From Azolla caroliniana (lineage: Eukaryota > Plantae > Polypodiophyta): 64,000 nt of DNA. The stretch spans positions 22,010,001 through 22,074,000 of the forward strand of contig JBHGNT010000002.1 in assembly GCA_043228905.1 (NCBI GenBank), read 5' to 3'. The position numbers and the translations under genes are program-made. The notes under the pieces are model-generated. The model saw only the letters and a program-made list of their open reading frames with translations, did not search any database and was not told the DNA's origin. The stretch's first letter is position 1, and each line of letters opens with the position of its first letter. Positions 39,239 to 50,268 of the stretch are shown here, piece after piece.

Positions 39239-42200
39239 TGTCACGTTGTTACGCGCGTGCGTGTAGAAGGGCGGGACCACGGGGGTCTTGGACTAGGGAG
39301 TGGAGGAGAAAGATTAGCTCAAGAGGAGAAGAGAACGAATATGACAATATGATAGAAGAAGAAGATGCAATCAAGATACTTAACAAGAAGTTCTATTAAG
39401 AAATGAACGATTACAACAAATGGTGGCCGCCATGGCCGCACCAAACGACTATATGAAAAACCCTAAAGGAAAACCCAAGAAGAAAAGCCTAACCGAAACC
39501 CTAACCCTAAAATGAAATTGGAAGAAGTAGAACCCTCGACTAAGTGGTATACCTTACTCACACAAAATAGGCAACCCCCACAATGGTGCCTTCTCTCTCC
39601 TTTTATAGCACAAGGAGGGAAGACCGCTTACAAAAGTGAGACTAAAATATCCCCTTTCATTCAAATGGGATATTTGCCTTGATTTGGGGGAGGGTGAGAT
39701 TGATGGCCCCTTAACTCCCACCTCCTCACAAACAACTAGGTACCTATGTACCGCATAGTACCTCTCTCTCTCTCTCTTTCTCTCGCGTGGATGTGCGTAC
39801 AACCACATCACCTTTATACCTTTATTACTATTACAAATACATTATGTACGTGTGCAACGTTGTACATCGCTCTTTGGCTTTCGTTGCTCGAGTTTCCGCT
39901 TGTGGACGAAAATCTTCACGACATCCGCCCCCACCTAACCGCACATCCTCCGGTATGTGCCAAAACATAGGGGAGAGAACACGAGATTTTCGGCCACGAC
40001 GACCGACCGAGTCCTTAGTGTCCTCGTGGGCCCGCCCGGCTTTGTCTTCCACTTCGAGCAAGACCACCCCATCCTCACGAACCGCCGCCGCCTTCCGGCC
40101 CACCATCCTCGCCGAATGGTCTCGAACCGTCGGCGCCATCCGATCCGCCACACTCGACGATGTTCGCCGAGTCGTTGCCTCGACCCGATCCGCCACGTCC
40201 ACCGTGGGTCCTTGAACCACCAACTACATCCGACCCGCCGTATCCGATGCCCGTGCTTTCCTCCCTGTTCGGTCCTCCCGAACGCCGTCGCCGACCCGGT
40301 TGCTCTTCCTTTGTCCGCCTCGTATATCCTCCGGATGCACTCCCGGTCGCATGCCAGATTCCGCCCTTTGCGTGCCGCACACCTCGGCGTGCCGACTCTC
40401 TCCGCTCCGCGCTTGCCTTCCGTAGGCTTTCCCCGTATGTCGATGTTGCCCTCCAAATGCGTGCTCGTGCTTCGGTCCTTCGATGACCCCATCACGCGTT
40501 TTTCGCTTTCCCCTTTTTCGCCGTGCTCTGTCGTAGTAGAGCGTATCGTCATCCCGACCTCCGTGTCGGTGTCCCTCGAGGCTCTCGTTATCGCCTCGCC
40601 TCGACTTGCGCCCTCTTGGCCCGCTTGGCCTTGTATGCCCTCCGGGAAGCCGCCGCGCTTTCTCTTCCCGGTGTGTACCCCGTTGTTCTCTGCGCATCTC
40701 CTCCGTTTTCCTAGATATGACTCTCCGCTCATGCCGATCGCGCTCGGCCCATGTCGTCGATCTTGGTGTTTCGCCGCGCCGTCCTTTGTCTCGCGCTTGC
40801 CTCTCGAAGGCTTGACCCAACCGTCATCGTCGGTCAATTGTTGTCGCCCATCCGCCGTATGCATGCTTGTGTCTTGGCCCTCCACCGGCCGTATTGCATG
40901 CGTCTCGTGTCGTGCTTCCGCCGTAGACCCGACCTCCGCGTCAGTCTCCAACTCCTCGCCGCCACCCACCGCTTCTTCGTTCTCCTTTCGATCCGCGACC
41001 GCCGATGCCTCACGGGTAGGTGTGGAGGGTTCCTCCCACTCTCGGTTTACCACCGAGTCCTCGCCTCTCAAAGGCTCAATCGGTCCACCGTTTCCGGTCA
41101 CTCGTTGACGCTCTCTCGGATGCATGCTCGTTCTTGGGCCCTTCACCGACCGTAGTGCATGCTTCGTGTTACACCCTTCATCTGCCGTAGACCCAACCTC
41201 CGCGTCGGCCACCAACTCCTCGCCGCCACCCGCCGTCTCTCCGGTCTCACGTTGATCCGCAACCGCCGAAGTCTGTAGAATGGGTGTGGAAGGTCCCTCT
41301 CGCTCTCGGTATTCTAGCAAACCGTGATCACCGTGCCCACTAGGCCTCCTTCTCGCTCTCACCGGCTCCCACCGTAACCGTACCCGGCCGGCTACGAATC
41401 GATCAAACAATCCCGGTCTTGCCGGCTTCCTTCGGTTCGTGCCCGGTTGATCGGCCCCCGCTTCACTCTTCTTCCGCTCCGCCTCCCGGTCGGGTCGGTT
41501 CCCGACTCGCTCCTCGATGCCGCTCCGGACCTCTCCTTCGGTCTTTTCGCACGTGCCCACTCTGGGCCTCTCATCCTCACGGCCACCGCCCATCTCCCCG
41601 GTCTTATGTCCGCGCTCGGGCGCAACCGCCGAAGTCTCCGGCCCCGGTGTCGAGGGATCTCGCCTCCGTCCGCTACAAACCTCCTCTTCGTCATTTCGGT
41701 TGCCCGCCTTGCCGCCGCCACCGTCCGTCTCTCTAGGTCTCACACCGGCTCTCGGGCCGGTTGCCGGAGTCTCTAGGACCGGTGTGTGGAAGGTCGCGGC
41801 ACCGCCGCTCGTCTCCTCTTCTTCCTCGATTTCGCAAGCCTCGAGTATGCTCGCGAAATCCTCGTAGAACGTTTCGGGCAACCGCGTCCCGAAACTTTCG
41901 CCCACTCTCGAAGTGGCATCCATTGCTCCGTAGATATCGGCCTCATCCATGGCCGTCCTCTTTCCACAAGTCGAGAGGGTCGCTCGCTCCACACCCTCTC
42001 CCACATCGTTGCCGTGGTCGTCCGCCTTGTCGCCGCCACCGTTCATTACCCTAAGTCTCACGCGGGCACTCGGGCCAGCCGCCGCGGTCTCTTGAACCGG
42101 TGCGTGTAAGGTAGCAACGCCACCGCTCGTCGATGATATGCCCGTAGCCACCTCCATTCGGACATCGTCGTCCGTGGCTACCCCGCCTCCGTATGTGCAA

Positions 42201-44086
42201 GCATCAATTATGCTTGCCGCCTCCTCTTCCACGGTCTCCATACCGTCGTCTCGGTTGCCCGCCTTGCCGCCGCCACCGCCCGTCGCTCTAGGTCTCACGC
42301 CGGCAATTGGGCCGACCGTTGGTGCCTCTAGGGCCGGTGTGTGTAAGGTTGCGGCACTGCCGCTTGTCTCCTCCTCCCTCGATGTTTCGGGCCGCCATGT
42401 CCCGAATCCGTAGTTACCGGCCTCCATGGCCGTCCATTCGCCGCAAGACGAGAGAGTCACTCTTCCCGCACCCTCTCCCACATCGTCGCCGTCGTGGTCG
42501 CCCGCCTTGCCGCCGCCACCGCCCGTCACTCTAGGTCTCACACCGGCTCTCGGGCTGGTTGCCGGAGTCTCTAGGCCCGGTGTGCGTAAGGTTGCGGCAC
42601 CACCGCCCGTCTTCTCCCCGCTCGATGTTTCGGGCCTCCATGCCCGAACTCCTTCATGTTCGCTCGAATCGGCGATCGCCGCCTCACCGTCCCCGACCTC
42701 GTCCTCGGTCGATCTTTCTCCGCATGTCGAGAGGGTGGCTCGCTCCGCACCCTCTCCCGTGGTACCGATGTACCATTCTCTTTCGGCCTCCTCATCCTCC
42801 GATCGCCTCCGGCCCGACTCCATAATAAGCCCTTCTTCGGCTTCGATTTTCCCCTTCACAAGCTCGCATGCCTCCCGTATTAGTGCTTCTAGGTCTAGCT
42901 CCTCCGAACCGTTTTGCGTTGAGCTCTCTTCCGGCGGTAGTGCGTACTCACTCGCCGCTCTCTCTTCTCCACCGTTCGCGGGCCATGTTGTTGCCGACCG
43001 CTCCCCATCGGGTTGCCCGCATACCCACTCCGGTTTCGCGTATCCATACGCTTCCAATAGAGCTCCCTCGAAAGACTCCCATGACTCGTGAGCTTCTCGT
43101 AGCTCCTTGACGTCCTTGTGCACCGATACGGCCGCCACTCGCGGAAAATACTCTAGTCGCATCGCCTCGTCCACGCCCCCTTTTGCCATCTCGGCCTTGT
43201 AGGCTCCCAAAATTTTTAGGACCTCATTCCCATTGAACCGGCCGACTCGATCGACCACCCTTTCGACAGCTTGTTGAGCCGCATCTCGCTTCGCCATCTT
43301 CCGTCCGGCTTCCATCACGATTTTTGCCATCATCTCCTCGAAGTCGAAGTCTTCTTCCATTTCCATGCTCCCTTGCCGCCCTTCACGTCGGGTTGACCAT
43401 CCGTTGTCGCGTTGTTACGCGCATGCGTGTAGAAGGGCGGCACCACAGGGGTCTTGGACTAGGGAGTGGAGGAGAAGATTATCTCAAGAGGAGAAGAGAA
43501 CGAATATGACATTATGATAGAAGAAGAAGATGCAATCAAGATACTTAACAAGAAGTTCTATTAAGAAATGAACGATTACAACAAATGGTGGCCGCCATGG
43601 CCGCACCAAACGATTATATGAAAAACCCTAAAGGAAAACCCAAGAAGAAAAGCCTAACCGAAACCCTAACCCTAAAACGAAATGGGAAGAAGTAGAACCC
43701 TCGACTAAGTGGTATACCTTACTCACACAAAATAGGCAACCCCCACAATGGTGCCTTCTCTCTCCTTTTATAGCACAAGGAGGGAAGACCGCTTACAAAA
43801 GTGAGACTAAAATATCCCCTTTCATTCAAAGGGGATATTTGCCTTGATTTGGGGGAGGGTGAGATTGATGGCCCCTTAACTCCCACCTCCTCACAAACAA
43901 CTAGGTACCTATGTACCGCATAGTACCTCTCTCTCTCTCTTTCTCTCGCGTGGATGTGCGTACAACCACATCACCTTTATACCTTTATTACTATTACAAA
44001 TACATTATATACGTGTGCAACGTTGCACATCGCTCTTTGGCTCTCGTTGCTCGGGTTTCCGCTTGTGGACGAAAATCTTCACGACA
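39239..44086 (-). mobile_element. Non-autonomous gag-only LTR element (type B), 4848 bp, inserted in the helper RT
   Basis: LTRs 39239-39923 and 43405-44086 with few differences; TSD CCGT; PBS tggtcaacccgacgtgaa; PPT aggtgggggcgga; no pol. Confidence 0.95.
39935..43366 (-). CDS. 1143-aa protein: about 110 aa of Gag N-terminus plus a long repetitive low-complexity tail
   Basis: Uninterrupted ORF filling the internal region; VGRFNG..AYKAEM..WESFEGALLEAY matches helper Gag; ATLHTPxLETPAxGPRAGVRPRxTGGGGGKAG-like repeats occur four times. Confidence 0.8.
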   Translation of the reverse strand: MEMEEDFDFEEMMAKIVMEAGRKMAKRDAAQQAVERVVDRVGRFNGNEVLKILGAYKAEMAKGGVDEAMRLEYFPRVAAVSVHKDVKELREAHESWESFEGALLEAYGYAKPEWVCGQPDGERSATTWPANGGEERAASEYALPPEESSTQNGSEELDLEALIREACELVKGKIEAEEGLIMESGRRRSEDEEAEREWYIGTTGEGAERATLSTCGERSTEDEVGDGEAAIADSSEHEGVRAWRPETSSGEKTGGGAATLRTPGLETPATSPRAGVRPRVTGGGGGKAGDHDGDDVGEGAGRVTLSSCGEWTAMEAGNYGFGTWRPETSREEETSGSAATLHTPALEAPTVGPIAGVRPRATGGGGGKAGNRDDGMETVEEEAASIIDACTYGGGVATDDDVRMEVATGISSTSGGVATLHAPVQETAAAGPSARVRLRVMNGGGDKADDHGNDVGEGVERATLSTCGKRTAMDEADIYGAMDATSRVGESFGTRLPETFYEDFASILEACEIEEEEETSGGAATFHTPVLETPATGPRAGVRPRETDGGGGKAGNRNDEEEVCSGRRRDPSTPGPETSAVAPERGHKTGEMGGGREDERPRVGTCEKTEGEVRSGIEERVGNRPDREAERKKSEAGADQPGTNRRKPARPGLFDRFVAGRVRLRWEPVRARRRPSGHGDHGLLEYREREGPSTPILQTSAVADQRETGETAGGGEELVADAEVGSTADEGCNTKHALRSVKGPRTSMHPRERQRVTGNGGPIEPLRGEDSVVNREWEEPSTPTREASAVADRKENEEAVGGGEELETDAEVGSTAEARHETHAIRPVEGQDTSMHTADGRQQLTDDDGWVKPSRGKRETKDGAAKHQDRRHGPSAIGMSGESYLGKRRRCAENNGVHTGKRKRGGFPEGIQGQAGQEGASRGEAITRASRDTDTEVGMTIRSTTTEHGEKGESEKRVMGSSKDRSTSTHLEGNIDIRGKPTEGKRGAERVGTPRCAARKGRNLACDRECIRRIYEADKGRATGSATAFGRTEQGGKHGHRIRRVGCSWWFKDPRWTWRIGSRQRLGEHRRVWRIGWRRRFETIRRGWWAGRRRRFVRMGWSCSKWKTKPGGPTRTLRTRSVVVAENLVFSPLCFGTYRRMCG

Positions 44087-45307
44087 CCGTAATGCAGGAA
44101 TCGGATCGACCATAGACGAGTTCGCAGAGGCCTTCGCTGCAAGGTCGATCTATTATGTCGATGACTTATACTCGAGGTACGACCCATTCTAGCTAGCCGT
44201 GGAGAGCAAGGATATCATGACGATGCGAACTCCTCTTGGCCTAGTACGGATGTGTACCCTACCACAAGGCGAGACGAATTCGGTGGCGCATATGGTGAAT
44301 GCAATGAACAAAGTGCTGAGGGACTGCATCCTGGCCATCACCATGCCATTCTTGGACGACATCCTGATAAAGGGGTGTCCGGTGGAAGATGCGGACGAGA
44401 CTGTCGGGCTGGACGTATGCAAAGGTTCGTCGTGAACCACATCAACGACTGCGAGAAGGTGTTGCAGAGGCTGGAGAGCGCACGATTCACCTTCTTCGGA
44501 GAAAAATCGGCGTTCAGGCAATCAGAGATCTTGGTGGTTGGACACCTGTGCGGGCCTCACGGTAGGAATCCGTCTCCGGCAAAGGTAGAAGCCATCTCCG
44601 CGATGAAGGACGACTGCGGGTCGGTTACGGAGGTCCGCAGATTCTTGGGGGCGTGTGCGTTCTACCACATTTGGATTCCGCACTACGCGCATGTTGCGGA
44701 GCCGCTCTACGGGCTAATGAAGAAAGGGTGTAGGTTCGAATGGAGGACGGAGCACACGGGTTCGGTCCGGAGACTAAAGGAGGCGCTTACGGTAGCACCA
44801 GCTCTCTGTAAAGCGGCTTACGGCAAGGGAGTCCCCATCTACGTGACGGTGGACACGAGCCCGATCGGGATCGGGTGGGTGATCAATCAGGAGAACAAGC
44901 ACGGCGTACGGTTCCCGATCCGGTTCAGGGCGAAGGTATTGAGCGAGCGGCAACGGGGATACGCCCAAGTTAAGCGCGAGCTTTGGGGTATCGTTTCGGC
45001 AGTCAAGGCCGACGAGGACTATTTGATCGGGACGGAAGTGATCATCGATACGGACTGCCTACCGGTACTCGGCATGGTTTCCTGATGCGCGACGCCGAAC
45101 CTAGCAATGCTCCGGTGGATAGCGTACATTAAGTCCCTGAACCCGGAGATACGGCACATCTCCGGAAAGGATAACACCATGGCCGACATGCTTTCGAGAG
45201 CGAGGTTCAACGACGAAGACGACATGGTTTCGGATGACGAAGAAGTCAGCGAGGACTTCTTCGAGTCGGCTAACGTGACGACGAGGAAAGGGGACACTCC
45301 GATGCTT

Positions 45308-46068
45308 TGTTAGGAAACAGGTCCCTCCGGATGGATAAGGAGTACCCGGCTACGGAGAGCCGGATGGTGCATACCCGGTAGAAACCGGATGAGGAGTACC
45401 CGGCTACGGAGAGCCGGATGATGCAGACCCGGTAGAAACCGGATGAGGAGTACCCGGCTACGGAGAGCCGGATGATGCAGACCCGGTGCAGAACCGGATG
45501 AGGAGTATCCGGCTACGGAGAGCCGGATAGTGTAGGCCCGGTGTGAACCGGATGAGGAGTACCCGGCTACGGAGAGCCGGATGACACAGACCCGGTGCGA
45601 ACCGGAGGAAGAGACATATTCGTAAATATGTTTCTAAGAGCCCATCGAGGCTACATTTGTAAATAGCCGAAAAGTCATATTAGTATAAATATGACTTAGG
45701 GCAAACTTTATATGTAGTTGTCATTCTTGTTGGAAAAAGATAGAGAGAGAGCGCGTAACTGTGTACAGAGAGAGAGAGAGAGAGAGAAAGAGGTCGTTGC
45801 CTTTGTTGTAACCGCCGCCTGTGGCGAAGATCCATGAGCACGAGGTCGGTGCCTCAGTGAACTCACTGTTGTACATACTTACATAGTGACAGTTTGCAGC
45901 CTGTGGGTTGCCGTGGTTTTTCCCCCTAGTTTGGGGTTTTCCACATAAACATCCTGTGTACCATTTCTCTCCTTTGCGTCGCGTGTTTTTCGTTTCCTGT
46001 TTTCTGTGTATGAAAAGAATCTCGGTTGTGGCCGAGCGTCGTGCATAAGGAGCGTTGAGTTCCCGACA
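45308..46068 (+). mobile_element. Solo LTR, probably Copia (Tork-like), 761 bp
   Basis: TG..CA termini; 5-bp TSD TGCTT; cgtggtttttccc..ggggttttccac motif; removal restores helper GDTPML|NEFD. Confidence 0.88.
45328..45605. repeat. Five tandem ~54-bp CCGG-rich units inside the solo LTR
   Basis: ccggatgaggagtacccggctacggagagccggatg..cccggt..aa repeated five times. Confidence 0.95.
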
Positions 46069-48052
46069 TGCTTAACGAATTTGACGAAAGCAGGTACGAC
46101 GGGGAGTGGCTCCAAATCGGGAGGTTCCTACGGGCGATGACGCCGGACGCAGCGTGGACAAGAGAAGAGGCGAGCTGGGTACGGAAAAAGGCGTACCGAT
46201 TCTTCCTACGGGACAGGTGCATATGGAGGCACCCAAAGAAAAGAAACAACATCCTGCTCTGAGTAGTGGCAAAGGAAGAAGAATAGGAGGAATTACTGGC
46301 GGCATTTCACGAGAGTCCCTGGACCGGGCACCGCGGAACGTGGGCCACATTTGAGAAGCTGAAGGAGAAGTACTGTTCGCCGAGGCTGTACCGGGATGTG
46401 CATCGGTTCTTAACGACTTGCGAAAGCTGTCAGATGCACTCCGTAGTCCGTCATCGGGACGAACTACAGCCGACCTACCCGCCTACGGTCCATTTCAAGT
46501 GGATGGTGGACTTGGTGACAATGCCGATGGGAGTAGGACAGATGCGATACCTGGTGCTTGCGTGAGAAGATTTAACGAACCAGGTGGAAGGCCGTGCACT
46601 GCAGAACAAGACAACCGCGGCGGTATGCCGGTTCCTGACCGAACAAGTAGTGTGTCGGTACGGGTGCATCGGGAAGATCGTGGCGGACCGGGGAGAGCTG
46701 GATGCGCGGGAAGTTGAGGAGTTGTTCGACCGGCTAGGGGTCAAACTCTCCCTCACTACGGCGTACAATCCAGAAGCGAACGGGAAGGTAGAACGTGGGC
46801 ATGGGCCGATTGTAAAGGCGTTGGTGCGTGCGTGTGGAGGGCAGGTCAGGAATTGGCCGCGGCTCCTTCCTTACGCACTATGGGCGGACCGAACTATGCA
46901 CAATTCGGTGACAGGGTTTATACCGGCAGAGCTGATGTATGGACAGAAGCCGATCATGCCGGTGGAATGGACGGTTTCTTCATGGGCGGCGGTAGATTGG
47001 AAGGACGAGATGAGCCGGGAGGACTTGCTGGCGGCGCGGATTCGGCAACTCGAGCAGAGGCCGGAGGACATAAAAAGGGCAAAGGAAAAGCTGCGGGCGG
47101 CAAGGGAGCGGAACAAGACCCGGTTCAACCGGACGCACCGGTTGCGAACCAAGAAGATCGAGGAAGGTGACTGGGTCTTGGTGTACGACAACAACCTCGA
47201 CAATCAGCACAAGGCGGTGCGAAAGTTCGCGAGGAGATGGTTTGGGCCCTACACGGTGACGAGCGCGAACGACAACGACACGTACCACCTTGCGGAAGTC
47301 GACGGGACACGGTTAGCGGTACCGGTGGCCGGGAAGCGGGTCAAAGTGTTCAAGAAGCGGTTCGAAGACGAGCCAGAGCCGGCGAGCGAGAGCGACAACG
47401 ACGATCGGTTTGGGCCCGACGAAGAATCGGAGAGCGACGAGTGAAGCCGGTTTTGTTCGGTGTCTACCCGTCTTTGGCGCATGCCGGTGGATGCGCGGTT
47501 TGGTGGGGGTGGATGTCGTGAAGAAAACGGGCCATAGGCGGAATCAGAGAAAAAGGCACATGAACCGGCTCTTACATGGGTGGACACGAGAATTGATATT
47601 TTGTACATAATTCATAATTAGGCCGGGTAATGTAAATACTAGGTAGTACACGTTTCCTAGGGGATTTGTGCGTATCTCTGCCGAAAGGGACAGGGAATAA
47701 AGCGATTTGACAAGGGGGGACGGTCTCCCCTCGACGAACTATTTAAGGAAGGAGAGAAGGAAGAGTAAGGGGGGCGTGTGAGCAAGGACGAAGTGTTGCA
47801 GGATCGAGTGACAAGCTCTCTCTCCTCCTCTGATCTTCATTTTCTGTGGGTGTTGGGAGTTTGACGCCTCTGCTTGGTGGGTAGCCCGTGCGCTGCCAGC
47901 AGAGGCTCTCCCTTCTACGTTTTTTTGGGTCCAGTGTGTTCCGTCTGTGTGCGTGAGTAGGGTCCCCGTGTCGGGTCCATCGCCGGCTTGCTGGTTGTAA
48001 CCGTCAGAGTTTGTAATCTCTTGATATTGTAATCGACTGTTATTGTAATTAG

Positions 48053-48122
<70 letters not shown>

Positions 48123-48941
48123 CCTCGGTTCAAGGCCCCCGTGGTCCCGCCTCTTTCTGCACGCGAAGTGCGTGACAACACAACAACGCGCCCTCAGTTG
48201 AGCAACCTGCACCGTCTGTGCCCACGATTCCCTCACTTGCCCTCTTTAATATTTGGTAGTAGTTAGACACGAGCGATATATATACATATACATATGTATA
48301 TATATATGTGTGGTTGGTGACTATTTCCTACCAAATCGTAATGAGGCCCAATGAAGGACTCACGATTGTTAGAGACGGTGCTAGGGCGTGTTTCAATAAT
48401 CCGATGCGATCGGCATCGTCAAATTATTATCCTCACAAAATAGTGTGCCCTTAACTAACCTAGCTTTGACCAGCCTCTATCACGTATAGGTCAGGTAGTT
48501 CGAATTTCTAGCCCAACTCTATCATGTCTAACCTAGGAGTTTGTCACATCTAACCTAGCTCTCTCCAACCTTTGTCAAGTCGGACCCCCGACTTTGTTCT
48601 TGCTTCTGTCACGTCTAACTTGGCCCAAAGTTGCTAACTCAACTGACTTTTTTTTATAACCCGGACCCCCCCTTTCTAACCGGGCGCAAGTTTCGAACCA
48701 AGTTATTTGTTTCTAACCCTAAACATATTCAAAAGTCAAAACCTCTTGGTTTTCAATATAAAAACTCCACTCACCAAAACCTTGGGCCATCATCGAATGT
48801 AAACAAAAAGTCGGAAATCATTGCAAACACCTAAGCTTCTCATGTTTCATCTATCGCAAAAAATTTAGCCAGTATTTTGAAGAGACTAGAACCTTGAAAG
48901 ATCACAAAATTTTAGTTACGAAAAACTTTGAAGATAACACA

Positions 48942-49278
48942 TGTCATGAAGACATACATTTTGGCTTATCAAGAGTTGAACCCACAACTTCTTGGTCTAT
49001 ATGTTGAACCTTTAACCATTGTAATAATATATATGATATATAATTATAATAATTATATTGTTAGTTATTACAAGATATTATGAAATATTCTAGACATCTA
49101 GAACATTATAGAATAATTTAGATTGTTCTAGAATATTCCAAATATCTTGTAATAACTGAAAATATAATTATTATAATTACACATCATAAATGTTATTACA
49201 ATGGTTAAAGGTTCAACACATAGACCAAGAAGTTGTGGGTTCGACTCGTAATAAGCCAAAATGTATGTCTTCATGACA
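48942..49278. mobile_element. 337-bp palindromic element made of two inverted Ty3 LTR left ends
   Basis: Arms of about 150-165 bp; TGTCATGA..TCATGACA termini; 5-bp TSD ACACA; arms homologous to the LTR start at 51186. Confidence 0.88.
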
Positions 49279-50268
49279 ACACATATTTTACAAAACCAAA
49301 AACTTCAAAGATCATGAGAGCGCAATAATCTAATAATCTAGATCTTCACATTGAAATGATTTTCAGATTTCCACCACCACAAAAATATCCGTCACTAAAA
49401 CCATTACAACCCTAGAAATATCAGCTACCATAAAAAACTTTAATCATGCATGTTCTGAGATTAAAATCTCAAAGTTTTAGATATAAAAACTTTAGTCACC
49501 AAAAACCTAAACAATGCTAGAATGTAAAGAAAATGTTAGAGATCATGGCTCTTGTTTAGAAGATAGCAAAATACACCCAGAATTTTTGCAACAATTACCA
49601 TTAGAGTCCCTTGATGTCAATGTCAAGCTATCACAATGCAAACACCCAACCTTCTTAGTCTTACATATCGGCAACCAACTCTTAGCACAACAAGAACCTC
49701 TTTGTACGTGTGTTTTGGTCTGATAAGTTTTTGCAAAATTTTGAGTGTGGCACCTCTTTTATGACAAATTTGTTGTTTCTGACTTATGAACCTCTTTCTA
49801 GTATGTTGATTGTTGTTGGTGCACCGAAATCGTATAACTACTTTTGCACTTCTAACAATAAGTTCCACTAATACTCAACAACAACATTGTTCATCTATCT
49901 CGATCCTTGCTCGACCCATTGAATTGCTTCTATAGTATGATATGCTTTAGACTTCAATTGTTCCCTTTCTTCAACTTATGCATTCAACTCTAGTTCTACT
50001 TTTGTTGAGGCATCATCCATTCACATTTGGGTTGCATGATTATAAATGGTAATGACCCACATAGGAATGGCCTATAACTTTCTATGATCATCCGGATTCG
50101 GAGTGAATGGTTACATTTACTTACAAGGCCTTGGTAATCATAATAACAACATTGGAGCGAAACATTATACCATAGAGTTGTGGTAATGCTCAATATTCTA
50201 ACGCAATATCTAGCCTCATCCACAAATTGGACTGCGTTGTTATTAGTCACATACCTTTCTAATATCCT

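Larger units (their letters stand above)
38417..47444 (+). pseudogene. Helper RT-RNase H-integrase ORF split by insertions at 39239-44086 and 45308-46068
   Basis: SNRWFTVPKK, QDLQPVNRLTIR|NAG, TLPQG, PFLDD (RT); VTVDTSPIGIGW (RH); ADRGE and YNPEANGKVERGH (INT); WFGPY. Confidence 0.92.
35614..48185 (+). mobile_element. Full-length non-chromovirus Ty3/gypsy element (Phygy/Selgy-like candidate), now disrupted
   Basis: LTRs 35614-36254 and 47514-48185; PBS tggtgaacccgacgtgaa at 36259 (tRNA-Trp); PPT ggtgggggtgga; TSD ATGT/ACGC (the host TIR implies original ACGC); gag-PR-RT-RH-INT with no evident chromodomain; two nested insertions. Confidence 0.93.
24699..48276. mobile_element. Non-autonomous TIR DNA transposon (Mutator-like candidate) in (TA)n; about 3.9 kb of its own sequence plus nested LTR elements
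   Basis: Perfect 32-bp inverted repeat cgtgtctaactactaccaaatattaaagaggg at 24703-24734 and 48240-48271. Imperfect inverted homology continues to about 24790 versus 48186-48240 plus 35581-35613. Subterminal AGGAGCCCRACTC repeats at 24820-24990 and inverted at 35475-35562. No recognisable transposase. Confidence 0.85.

Noticed and set aside
39458-39512. Telomere-like aaaccctaa motifs in element B LTRs
   Set aside because: Two or three scattered telo-box motifs, common in plant DNA; not a telomeric array.
39957-43110. Many plus-strand ORFs up to 383 aa, and similar ones at 58096-61826
   Set aside because: Antisense shadows of GC-rich, stop-poor internal ORFs with no recognisable motifs.
45328-45605. 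CRISPR-like appearance of the 54-bp repeats
   Set aside because: The units are contiguous tandem copies without unique spacers, inside a eukaryotic LTR, with no cas genes.
49500-50268. Short minus-strand ORFs (81 and 95 aa)
   Set aside because: No recognisable domain or splice-consistent gene model; probably decayed repeat sequence.
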